The notes under the pieces: model-generated | What the model saw: the letters and a program-made list of their open reading frames with translations, nothing else | What the model was told of the DNA's origin: nothing | Databases searched by the model: none | IMG/VR virus record: IMGVR_UViG_3300020450_000008 | Source: a virus | Taxonomy: Duplodnaviria > Caudoviricetes | Strand: one strand, 5' to 3' | Length of the DNA stretch: 64,000 bases | Translations under genes and position numbers: made by a program | Part shown: one piece after another, positions 27,505-35,826 of the stretch | Numbering within the stretch: position 1 is the first letter of the stretch | How the letters are laid out: the number at the start of each line of letters is the position of its first letter

Positions 27505-28370
27505 AAGTAAATTTAGTAGGATATACACAACCAAACGAGGAGTTTGAATATGATTTCACCGATACCCAAGACTTTATCGCCTTCTGCGCGCGCGTCTCAA
27601 ATCCGGCCAACCAGAACAACAAAGAAACTAGCAAAAAGCTCATCAAATACCTCATCAAGCATAAACATTGGAGTCCCTTCGAAATGGCATCAGCAACGCT
27701 CGAAGTTGAAACAACAAGAGACATCGCGAGACAACTCCTCCGTCATAGAAGCTTTAGCTTTCAAGAGTTTAGTCAGCGCTACGCTGATCCTAATAGTCTT
27801 GGTGATATTTTCGTATTGAGAGAAGCTAGATTACAAGATGAAAAAAATAGACAAAATAGTATCAAAACAGCCGACGCACAACTTAAAGTTTGGTGGGATG
27901 CTAAACAAAAGTTTATTATAGACCAAGTAAAAGAAATATATAGTGAAGCACTAGAAAAAGGGATTGCAAAAGAACAAGCAAGGTGTATTCTTCCAGAAGG
28001 TAATACAACATCTAGATTATATGTTAATGGAACCATACGTTCTTGGATACATTACATTGAATTAAGATCTGCTCATGGCACTCAGCTTGAGCACATAGAA
28101 TTAGCAAAAGCTTGCGTACTAGCAATATCTAAAATTTTTCCAATGATAAGAGAGAATGACATGTCTGAATTTGTAAAAGAAATTTCAACGTATTATAAAG
28201 AAGATAATAAAGGAAAAGCAGTTGTTTGTGTAAACACAAAAGAAGAATTAGCATTTGTTAACTACTATGATGAAAAAGATGAATTCATAAAAACTACATC
28301 ATTTCCTGATAAATCGGTAAGGTACGCCGAAGACGCGGCAGAAAACTGGGCTCTTGGATACATGGAATAG
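27501..28370 (+). CDS. thyX: Flavin-dependent thymidylate synthase with C-terminal extension
   Basis: ARVSNP, HWSPFE, RHRSFSFQEFSQRY, ILP, Q.EH. Confidence 0.92.
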   Translation: MKVNLVGYTQPNEEFEYDFTDTQDFIAFCARVSNPANQNNKETSKKLIKYLIKHKHWSPFEMASATLEVETTRDIARQLLRHRSFSFQEFSQRYADPNSLGDIFVLREARLQDEKNRQNSIKTADAQLKVWWDAKQKFIIDQVKEIYSEALEKGIAKEQARCILPEGNTTSRLYVNGTIRSWIHYIELRSAHGTQLEHIELAKACVLAISKIFPMIRENDMSEFVKEISTYYKEDNKGKAVVCVNTKEELAFVNYYDEKDEFIKTTSFPDKSVRYAEDAAENWALGYME

Positions 28371-28413
28371 TGTAACATTTTTATCACAGTATTAAAAATA
28401 ATTAAATTAACTG

Positions 28414-28442
28414 TTTACAATTCTAGAAATTTATGTTATATT
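28414..28442 (+). promoter_or_regulatory. Early promoter
   Basis: TTTACA-N17-TATATT. Confidence 0.65.
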
Positions 28443-28471
28443 AAATATAGAATAAAAGGAATGAGGGCAGT

Positions 28472-28984
28472 ATGATAAAAAAAATAATAGCAGCAGTATT
28501 AATTAATGTGTTAGCATTTGGTGGAATAATACACCATGCTCACGCAGAATTTCATGAGATACAAAAAAGAAATAGTTTAGAATGTTTAGCTATGAATATA
28601 TACTTTGAAACTAGAGCGTCATCTCTTGCAGATGCTATGGCAGTTTCAGACGTAGTTATGAATAGAGTTTATAGCAGACATTTTCCAAATAACATCTGTG
28701 ACGTTATATACCAAGCAGTAAAATACCAAGATGGTAGTCCAAAAAGAAACCAGTGCCAGTTTAGTTGGTATTGCGATGGAAAAAAAGATATTCCAACAGA
28801 TGATACTGCCTGGGAAAAGTCACGAAAGTACGCAAGTGACTTCTACGTATACAGTAAATACATAGGTATAACTGAAGGTGCAACTCACTATCATGCAACT
28901 TATGTAAGACCATATTGGGCTCCAACTCTAGATAGAATAACTAGAATAGGATCTCATATTTTTTATAGACAAAAGGGTGGCTAG
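28472..28984 (+). CDS. SleB-like cell wall hydrolase (Hydrolase_2)
   Basis: CLAMNIYFE, VVMNRV, CQFSWYCDG, GATHYHA, IGSHIFY. Confidence 0.9.
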   Translation: MIKKIIAAVLINVLAFGGIIHHAHAEFHEIQKRNSLECLAMNIYFETRASSLADAMAVSDVVMNRVYSRHFPNNICDVIYQAVKYQDGSPKRNQCQFSWYCDGKKDIPTDDTAWEKSRKYASDFYVYSKYIGITEGATHYHATYVRPYWAPTLDRITRIGSHIFYRQKGG

Positions 28985-29153
28985 TAAACTAACTCCTTGT
29001 AAAAATGTTTGTACATTGGAAGATGATATATGTATAGGCTGTGGAAGAACAAAAGAAGAAATAAGTGACTGGACTAAATATAATAGAGAAAAAAGATTAA
29101 TGATTATGAGGAGAATAAAGAATGATGACAGACTACGAACTAAAGCTCGATAA
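28977..29153 (+). CDS. DUF1289-like Cys-rich small protein (absent from ORF track)
   Basis: Hand translation from GTG: ASKLTPCKNVCTLEDDICIGCGRTKEEISDW. Confidence 0.7.
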   Translation: MASKLTPCKNVCTLEDDICIGCGRTKEEISDWTKYNREKRLMIMRRIKNDDRLRTKAR

Positions 29154-29490
29154 AAGAGTCCGCAATCTTTCTGATAGAGAAAGAGATATTTTAGTAACTG
29201 ACTTACAAAAAACTATCGATATTGATTATAAATTTAATGAAAAAAATTCTATAGAAGAACTACAAAAACATATAGATAAAACGTATGACAGTCATTATTC
29301 AAAGGAAAAATTTCAAGCAGCAGAGTTCATTATAGACGGCGGTCATGGAACTGGTTTCTGTATCGGCAATATACTTAAGTATGCTCAAAGATATGGAAAG
29401 AAAGGTTCTAGAGAAGATGCTCGAAAAGATCTTTTGAAAGTGCTACATTATGCAATAATACAATTACACGTTCATGATCAAGAATTATAG
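29122..29490 (+). CDS. DUF3310-like protein
   Basis: SHY...GFCIGNILKYAQRYGKK...DLLKVLHY. Confidence 0.7.
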   Translation: MMTDYELKLDKRVRNLSDRERDILVTDLQKTIDIDYKFNEKNSIEELQKHIDKTYDSHYSKEKFQAAEFIIDGGHGTGFCIGNILKYAQRYGKKGSREDARKDLLKVLHYAIIQLHVHDQEL

Positions 29491-29498
29491 GAGATAAC

Positions 29499-29855
29499 AT
29501 GACAGAATTTAAGAACGGTGCAAGAAAATACGTATCACCAATGTATACACCAGTTATTGGTCCAATAAAAACTGGTTATGACGCTTACACAACACTACTT
29601 TCAGTAGAAAAGTCGCCACTTCGAAAAATGCCACCGATGGTTGGACATCTTGTATTCACAGTTTTAGCGTGGATGTGGAGTGGAATATTTGGACTTTACA
29701 TGGGAAGTTACATGATATGGGGAGTAAGTGCGGTAGGTCACATGCTTTTAATATCAGGAGCTTTTATAACCTGGCTTATATGGCAACAAGCCGATAGAGG
29801 AAATAGTGAAAAAGGATTCTACAACGGCAGAGGTGCTGGTGGAGAACATGAATAA
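29499..29855 (+). CDS. Hypothetical membrane protein
   Basis: Two hydrophobic helices; GGAG SD. Confidence 0.6.
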   Translation: MTEFKNGARKYVSPMYTPVIGPIKTGYDAYTTLLSVEKSPLRKMPPMVGHLVFTVLAWMWSGIFGLYMGSYMIWGVSAVGHMLLISGAFITWLIWQQADRGNSEKGFYNGRGAGGEHE

Positions 29856-29863
29856 AAAAAACG

Positions 29864-29892
29864 TTTACATTGTTTAAAAAATATGGTATAAT
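29864..29892 (+). promoter_or_regulatory. Early promoter of the ncRNA island
   Basis: TTTACA-N17-TATAAT. Confidence 0.75.
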
Positions 29893-29904
29893 AAATATAT
29901 TATT

Positions 29905-30266
29905 CGAACGGTGAAGCTGAGTTAAAGTAGACTGGACTCGGGGGCGGTACCCGACGGCTCCACCAAGAATACTGGCCCATAAGTAGCCTTCGTAGCGTCA
30001 TCCGGATGCCACCATTAAGTAGGTGGTTAGCAGTCAGACGACAAAGACAGTAAGATGTCTTAGGGTTTTAGAACGTGGCTTGGTTCTCCAGTATTCTTGA
30101 TGGGGCCGAAATAGGATCGACAGATATGGAGATAACGTGGAGTTCGACGGTTAATCGCGTCAAAGATTAAATAAACTAAACGCAAACGATGATTTTGCAC
30201 CTGTGGATTACGCCCTAGCGGCCTAATCGCACCGAGCCAGGAGGAGCTTGGGAACAGAATCCTCCA
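29905..30266 (+). ncRNA. ssrA: Circularly permuted (two-piece, alphaproteobacterial-type) tmRNA; outer ends approximate
   Basis: Acceptor piece ends TCGGG-GGCGGTA-CCCGA-CGGCTCC-A-CCA (CCA 29963-29965); coding piece starts GGGGCCGAAATAGGATCGAC at 30102; 7-bp acceptor stem with G3:U70; tag 30182-30226 = ANDDFAPVDYALAA*. Confidence 0.93.
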
Positions 30267-30270
30267 CGGA

Positions 30271-30476
30271 ATTTGGTCGACGGACCGAATAGTGTAGTGC
30301 AAGGAAACGCGTCTTACCAAGAGGCGTAACTTGATTGCTCAGGCGTGGTAGCCAGGTTCAAGGCCTAGCGGCTAAGAATCACATCACCATACCAGGTGGG
30401 AGTAAGTTCTGGGAGTTATGAGAGATGGTATCTTGAGCGACCCAGTTGGAGGTATACCCACAGTCCTCCCTACACA
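30271..30476 (+). ncRNA. Putative structured ncRNA (possibly manA-motif-like)
   Basis: GC-rich, no + strand ORF; helices ATTTGGTC/GACCGAAT, GTGTAG(30292)/CTACAC(30470), ACGC/GCGT, CTGGG/CCCAG, GGAGG/CCTCC. Confidence 0.5.
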
Positions 30477-30652
30477 GTAAGAACGATGCCTATGCTAATC
30501 TTTTAAAGTTTAAAGATTGGAGTTAATAGGTTCGGTTGAAAAAAATCGGTAAGATCGTTGGGGTGATGCCCTAATACATCCGCGGGAAGCCTATGGTTAG
30601 CTTCCCATCTTTATTTGAGTGATATATATTATTAATTTACTGGGAGATTATA

Positions 30653-30865
30653 ATGGCAAAGATTGGTGACGATATTAAAGAAGCAATGATAGCACACGCA
30701 AAAGGTCATATCGAAAAGCACAAAATGAATGTAAAGATTTATTTTCGAAATGCTGCAGGTATTGGTGGAGAAAAACATCCAGATGTTTTAGAAGCCATAG
30801 AACAAGAATTAGATATAGTTGCAAAGTACGATGATCAGATTGAGATGCTTAAAAAATATTTTTAA
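30653..30865 (+). CDS. Conserved small hypothetical phage protein
   Basis: AHAKGHIEKHKMNV...HPDVLEAIEQEL; GGGAG SD. Confidence 0.65.
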   Translation: MAKIGDDIKEAMIAHAKGHIEKHKMNVKIYFRNAAGIGGEKHPDVLEAIEQELDIVAKYDDQIEMLKKYF

Positions 30866-30868
30866 CTG

Positions 30869-31684
30869 ATGCGTGTACATAGAGCAGGATTGAAAGATAA
30901 GGAATGGGAAATTGATAGAATTACAAAAAAGATAGGAGCCTTCTATACTGAATCTAATTGGAGAAAACAAGAAGAGATAACCTTTACCAAACCTCGTGCA
31001 TTTAAAGAAACATTTAAAAATTTTTTATTCTATGATGTAATAATTTTAGCAGATCAACAACATGTTAATCATTGGAAGGCATGTAAGTATGCTTTTGACT
31101 ATTATTGTTCAATAGATAGAGATGTTGAGATAGTAACTTATGAAGAATACGGTTTAAATTTTCATCAGTTTTGCAAATTTGTAAATTATACTATCAAAGA
31201 TATTATGAGAGAAGATGCTAATGTATTTAGATATATGGGAGCCAAATACAAACATTATTTTGTACGGCCTTTAAAAAATAAAGAAGTACAAAAAACTGAT
31301 ACTGTTGTTTATTCTCTCATGGATTCTGCCTTTCTTTCTAGAGAAATCAATTCCGTAGAAAAACAAGTGCAGTTAGCTTTTAGAGGAATGGAGCCTGAAC
31401 ATCATCAAATATTTAGAGAAGCACTTAAAAATACTAATTGGGTTGATCTTGGAGATAGTAGAAGATTAGATGATGGTCCAAGTTTATTAGATAAATTAGA
31501 ACTTATAAGAAGATCTAATTTTTATATTGGAACAGCATGCAGTTGGTCGCAATGGGCTCGAAATGTTGACACAAAAGTTTACATAATTTATAATAGACGC
31601 CCGAGAGATCATAATCACGATATGCGTAATTTAGATACTAAAGATAAGTATCTTATTCTAGGTGAGTTAATGACGACATCATAA
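30869..31684 (+). CDS. Hypothetical protein, weakly glycosyltransferase-like
   Basis: Long ORF; C-terminal LELIRRSNFYIGTACSW recalls the GT9 region. Confidence 0.4.
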   Translation: MRVHRAGLKDKEWEIDRITKKIGAFYTESNWRKQEEITFTKPRAFKETFKNFLFYDVIILADQQHVNHWKACKYAFDYYCSIDRDVEIVTYEEYGLNFHQFCKFVNYTIKDIMREDANVFRYMGAKYKHYFVRPLKNKEVQKTDTVVYSLMDSAFLSREINSVEKQVQLAFRGMEPEHHQIFREALKNTNWVDLGDSRRLDDGPSLLDKLELIRRSNFYIGTACSWSQWARNVDTKVYIIYNRRPRDHNHDMRNLDTKDKYLILGELMTTS

Positions 31685-31692
31685 TATAAATA
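31685..31692 (+). promoter_or_regulatory. T4-type late promoter TATAAATA
   Basis: Exact consensus just upstream of iscA. Confidence 0.55.
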
Positions 31693-31697
31693 TTAAT

Positions 31698-31991
31698 ATG
31701 TTTAAGTTACCAATACAGCTTACTGAAGCTGCAGAAGAATATTTAAAAGATATTGGAGACCCAAACGTTTCTCTAACAGTAAAGGGCGGGGGATGCGCTG
31801 GATTTCAATATGTCTGGGGTACAACAGACAAAGAACCCAAAGTAGCAAACTTGTGGGTTGATCCAATGGCAGAAATGTTTGTCTTTGGTTGTACAGTTGA
31901 TTATGTAAAAGAAATAGGAGGATCTTACTTGAAAATTATTAATCCAAATGCAAAAGCATCATGTGGTTGTGGGGAGAGTTTCGGTGTTTGA
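31698..31991 (+). CDS. iscA: A-type Fe-S cluster carrier (IscA/HesB)
   Basis: VKGGGCAGFQY and NPNAKASCGCGESF. Confidence 0.9.
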   Translation: MFKLPIQLTEAAEEYLKDIGDPNVSLTVKGGGCAGFQYVWGTTDKEPKVANLWVDPMAEMFVFGCTVDYVKEIGGSYLKIINPNAKASCGCGESFGV

Positions 31992-32181
31992 TTTTAAATT
32001 TAAAGCTGAAATGTTCTACAAGACTAAAGGACACTTAAACGCGTCAAAAGAAACTATTGAAGGAATGTTTGATAGTTATTTTAAAAGAGCTTGGGGTAAT
32101 CATGAATGGGGTGCTGAATATAGAACTGAAGGGTTTGAAGAAGCTTGGAAAAAATACAATGAATATGTGGCAATAAAATAA
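31948..32181 (+). CDS. Hypothetical protein (start probably near 31978)
   Basis: ORF; FDSYFKRAWGNHE. Confidence 0.45.
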   Translation: MQKHHVVVGRVSVFDFKFKAEMFYKTKGHLNASKETIEGMFDSYFKRAWGNHEWGAEYRTEGFEEAWKKYNEYVAIK

Positions 32182-32243
32182 AGACCTATACAAAAAATAT
32201 TTTTTACGGGGATATTGATGAATGTATTCGGGTAAAACAATCT

Positions 32244-32645
32244 ATGGCAGAAAATATACTTACTATTCGATCCATAGAACATCCGCTTATTCCTAAGATA
32301 TATGCCGCCGATAACACTTGGTATGAAATGGAATACGTTGATGGAGAATCGGTTGGTAATATAATTAATAGTGTCGGCTATAAAGAAAGAATAGAATTAA
32401 CATTTAAACTTATTAGTGAAATATCTAGTTTGATAAGTGTGATGTTTAAACTTAAAAATGAATCTCTTCCATATCATATGTTTATTGGTAAAGATATGAG
32501 AAACTATCATAATTATATGATAGATAAAGATGGAAGAATTTTGTGTATTGATTTTGATACTTGGAGGTGGTATCCCGATAAAGAAGCTATATGGAATGCT
32601 CGCAATGCTCATTCATTTATAATTGAGAAGCTTCTTATTTCATAG
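32244..32645 (+). CDS. Small protein-kinase-like fold protein (APH/RIO/Kdo-like)
   Basis: PKIY, EMEYVDG hinge, D..NY.NYM catalytic loop, CIDFD. Confidence 0.55.
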   Translation: MAENILTIRSIEHPLIPKIYAADNTWYEMEYVDGESVGNIINSVGYKERIELTFKLISEISSLISVMFKLKNESLPYHMFIGKDMRNYHNYMIDKDGRILCIDFDTWRWYPDKEAIWNARNAHSFIIEKLLIS

Positions 32646-33003
32646 CGTCATTTAAAGAATCTAAAACACTATCAATATTTGGTTCTTGTCCATCAGGATC
32701 ATATTTACATTGATATGTTACAGGACATTGTCCTTCAACTACTAATTGATACGTATCATTAGCACCTTTATATAAACAAACTTGTTGTCCATTTTTAGCA
32801 GTTTTTCTTTTGTATCTTCGGCAAGTAATGTACTTTGGATCTTCTCTCTTACCTAAACGTTTTTCCTGCTCCCAAGTCCAATCACTAAACTTCTTGAGAA
32901 AACAAGTAAAACATTGTTTGATATTATCTGGTTGTTTTCTTTCCTCTGATGATGTGGGCGTTGCTATTAATACTAGAAAGAAAACTAATAAGACTCTAAA
33001 CAT
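32635..33003 (-). CDS. Secreted Cys-containing hypothetical protein
   Basis: Signal-like N-terminus, paired Cys; coupled to the upstream minus ORF. Confidence 0.6.
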   Translation of the reverse strand: MFRVLLVFFLVLIATPTSSEERKQPDNIKQCFTCFLKKFSDWTWEQEKRLGKREDPKYITCRRYKRKTAKNGQQVCLYKGANDTYQLVVEGQCPVTYQCKYDPDGQEPNIDSVLDSLNDAMK

Positions 33004-33478
33004 AACCTCTCGTCACAAGGTAAAGATAAAACATCCACCCGACGAATCCCACAATAATCGTTACTAAAAAAACAATTGCAATCCACTCAAAAACTTTTCT
33101 TCTTCTTTCTTCTTGGTCATATATTGCTTTTTGTCTTTTCTTTCTAATCTCACCTTCAGTTCTTAGTAGTTCTTCCCATGCACCCATGCCTCTTGTAAAC
33201 ATAATCATCTTTTTAAGTTCTTCACGCATGTCTTCAGCTTTCTTTTTAGCCATAAGCGTTTGCAAAGCCTCCTCTTCTACAGATCCTGCAGCAAAAAGTT
33301 TTTTAAATAATGGTGGTTTCTGACTTAGCTCTTCTGCTTTTTTAATGTCACTCACTGCTCCCATCCATCTACCAAGGTCACCAGCCATGCCTTCAATATC
33401 ACGACCTAACTGGAATCCTTTTTTGATAGTTGTAAATGCAGCTGAAGCAGTAGCTAATGCTGTTACTGGATCTATCAT
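32996..33478 (-). CDS. Conserved hypothetical membrane protein
   Basis: MIDPVTALATASAAF..IKKG, coiled coil, C-terminal TM; AGGAG SD. Confidence 0.65.
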   Translation of the reverse strand: MIDPVTALATASAAFTTIKKGFQLGRDIEGMAGDLGRWMGAVSDIKKAEELSQKPPLFKKLFAAGSVEEEALQTLMAKKKAEDMREELKKMIMFTRGMGAWEELLRTEGEIRKKRQKAIYDQEERRRKVFEWIAIVFLVTIIVGFVGWMFYLYLVTRGYV

Positions 33479-33542
33479 GTTTACTCCTACTTTATCTTCC
33501 CATAATGCAACTCAAAGGAGTAATAATAAATATCAACAGAAC

Positions 33543-33550
33543 TATTTATA
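33543..33550 (-). promoter_or_regulatory. Late promoter for the two minus-strand genes
   Basis: TATTTATA on + equals TATAAATA on -. Confidence 0.65.
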
Positions 33551-33554
33551 AAAG

Positions 33555-33583
33555 TTTACAAATCAACTCAAATGGTTTATAAT
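33555..33583 (+). promoter_or_regulatory. Early promoter of the 33.6-42.6 kb operon
   Basis: TTTACA-N17-TATAAT. Confidence 0.75.
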
Positions 33584-33588
33584 ATAAT

Positions 33589-34143
33589 ATGAAAACTATT
33601 TTAATAGACTGTGATGGTGTCATACTGGATTGGGAAGGTGCTTTCCATGAATACATGAAATCTATGGGATATGAAAGATCTGGAACTGAAGGATACGTAG
33701 AAGAACAATATAATAAAGAGAGATCTGAAGTAATACAATACATACATGATGTAAATCATTCAGATAAAATTAAAAATTTAAATCCAATAAAAGATTCGAT
33801 TCACTATATGAAACTACTAAAAAGCATTGGATATAATTTTATTTGTATAACAAGTATAAGTAGAAATGAATCAGTTAAAAAAAATAGAATGGAAAATTTT
33901 GATAGATTGCTCGGAAAAGATTTTTTTGATGAAGTAATATTTTTAAATACGGCAGAGAAAAAAGATGACGTATTAAAAAAATACAAAGATAGTAATTATT
34001 GGTGGATAGAAAATAATTGGAAAAATGCGCAAACAGGAGCAAGATTAGGATTACGATCTATTTTAATTACACAAGAGAAAAGAAGAGACGTAATATGTCT
34101 TAAAGATTGGACTAACATATATTTGGAGATACTCTTATCATGA
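33589..34143 (+). CDS. 5'(3')-deoxyribonucleotidase-like HAD protein
   Basis: LIDCDGVILDW, CITS, K, WIEN (degenerate motif IV). Confidence 0.7.
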   Translation: MKTILIDCDGVILDWEGAFHEYMKSMGYERSGTEGYVEEQYNKERSEVIQYIHDVNHSDKIKNLNPIKDSIHYMKLLKSIGYNFICITSISRNESVKKNRMENFDRLLGKDFFDEVIFLNTAEKKDDVLKKYKDSNYWWIENNWKNAQTGARLGLRSILITQEKRRDVICLKDWTNIYLEILLS

Positions 34144-35144
34144 GTAATTTTATAGAACTAGATTTTTTAGAAAAATATGATTTAGTGGCTGAAATGAAGA
34201 GAATGGAAGACATTCTTGACTGGGGAAACACTGAGCAAATATGCATCAACACAATAAAAGAGAAACCAGATGACCATCAGTTTGGAACAGGAAGTCTTTA
34301 CATTGATTGGAAAAAAACAGAATCTGGAAATATGGAATGGGTTTTAAAAGATAATCCACCATCAGAAAGTGATTTCACTGAAACAGTTACTATGTTTAAA
34401 GAAACTCTTTTCGATAAGATACTTCAAGATTTAAAAAAATATTATGACATTGGTAGAGTTAGACTTATGAGATCATCTCCAAAGACTACTCTTACTTGGC
34501 ACACAGATGATACAATAAGACTTCACTATCCTTTAGATACCTATGAAGGTTGTTTCATGGTAATTGGAAAAGAAATACAGCATCTTAAAGCTGGAAAGTG
34601 GTATGAAACTAATACGCTTGTTCAACATACGGCATTTAACGCTAGTCAAAATAAAAGAACACACTTAGTTGTAAATGTTGTAAAAAAGAAAATACCAAAC
34701 AAAATAGTTATGAATGGACATGAAGGTATGTTAGGAAAAGTAATTTACAAAAATTTTCCATGTGATCAAATACGCTCTTCAACAGATAAAATAGTTGAGC
34801 AAGTAAAAGATTACGATATTTTCATAAATAATGTTTACTCAAAAGAAATGCAATACGAATTGATGAAAAAAGTATGGGAAGTTTGGAAGTATAATTCTAA
34901 AAAAAGAATAATAAACATTGGAAGTCGTGCCAAAGATTTTATAAAAGATGAGTATGGATTTCATAAAAATGTTTTAAGTAATTTTACAAAGCACGCTAAT
35001 TTCAATGGATCATGTAGAGTGAGTTGTATAAATTTTGGTTATCTTGATGAACTTACTGAAGATGAAATTATAGATACATTAACATACGTTTTAAGTAGTA
35101 AAATAAACATAGAAGAAGTGACGGCGTTTTCAACAAATGAATAA
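34140..35144 (+). CDS. 2OG-Fe(II)/Asp-hydroxylase-like oxygenase fused to an SDR-like Rossmann domain
   Basis: RVRLM...WHTD (HxD)...HTAFN...RTHLV, then GHEGMLG, DIFINN, IINIGS, YxxxK (YGFHK). Confidence 0.65.
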   Translation: MSNFIELDFLEKYDLVAEMKRMEDILDWGNTEQICINTIKEKPDDHQFGTGSLYIDWKKTESGNMEWVLKDNPPSESDFTETVTMFKETLFDKILQDLKKYYDIGRVRLMRSSPKTTLTWHTDDTIRLHYPLDTYEGCFMVIGKEIQHLKAGKWYETNTLVQHTAFNASQNKRTHLVVNVVKKKIPNKIVMNGHEGMLGKVIYKNFPCDQIRSSTDKIVEQVKDYDIFINNVYSKEMQYELMKKVWEVWKYNSKKRIINIGSRAKDFIKDEYGFHKNVLSNFTKHANFNGSCRVSCINFGYLDELTEDEIIDTLTYVLSSKINIEEVTAFSTNE

Positions 35145-35826
35145 TATAATAACTATCAAATGGGGCACTAAATATGGCCCTGAATATCCAAATAGACTTT
35201 ATGAAGAATGCAAACAAAAATGTTCTTTTCACTTTAATTTTTATTGTGTAACAGATAATCCTGAAGGATTAAATGAAGATATAATATCTTTAGAAATGCC
35301 TAAACACAGTAATTTAAATTATAATGATTATATAGAAGATCATCTAAATTATAAAACGCAAATGTGGGATAGACCTAAACTTTATCTCTTTTCTGACTTT
35401 GATTTTAGAGGAACAAATATATTTTTAGATCTAGACTCAGTAATAAATGAAGATATATCATATTTGACAACTTTACCAAATGACAAACCGTGGTGTATAG
35501 ACATGTGGTGGAAAGTAGGTTACAAAGAAAATTGGGATAAATTATGGGGAACTAGAGCAAACACAAGTGTGATGGTATGGAAAAATGATCAATGTAAAGA
35601 GATAACAGAAAGAATACTATCAAATCCAGAGCTTTTTGATAAGTATGCTACGATAGATTGCTTTATAGGTTATGAAATGCTTGATTACGAAAACTATCAA
35701 AAATCATTTTTTAATTTTATACCACCATTTGTTTATATACTTGGAAAGGAATATCAAGCCGGATATAAAATATCGTTATTTAGTAACAGTAAAATGGGAA
35801 GGCACACTGACGAACCTGGAATATGA
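35137..35826 (+). CDS. GT-A glycosyltransferase-like protein
   Basis: IKWGTKYGPEYPNRL, CVTD, FLDLD (DxD), NTSVMVW. Confidence 0.7.
   Translation: MNNIITIKWGTKYGPEYPNRLYEECKQKCSFHFNFYCVTDNPEGLNEDIISLEMPKHSNLNYNDYIEDHLNYKTQMWDRPKLYLFSDFDFRGTNIFLDLDSVINEDISYLTTLPNDKPWCIDMWWKVGYKENWDKLWGTRANTSVMVWKNDQCKEITERILSNPELFDKYATIDCFIGYEMLDYENYQKSFFNFIPPFVYILGKEYQAGYKISLFSNSKMGRHTDEPGI

Noticed and set aside
29935-29965. tRNA-like T-arm and CCA end
   Set aside because: There is no D-arm or anticodon arm upstream; it is the acceptor piece of the permuted tmRNA. No standard tRNA gene was recognised in the window.
30060-30320. 86-aa minus-strand ORF
   Set aside because: Antisense to the tmRNA coding piece; a by-product of local GC richness.
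32163-32243. Possible programmed frameshift or broken N-terminus of the kinase-like gene at A6/T6 runs
   Set aside because: The upstream frame is open but has no standard start, and the alternative frame has an early stop; this cannot be separated from chance or assembly error without reads.
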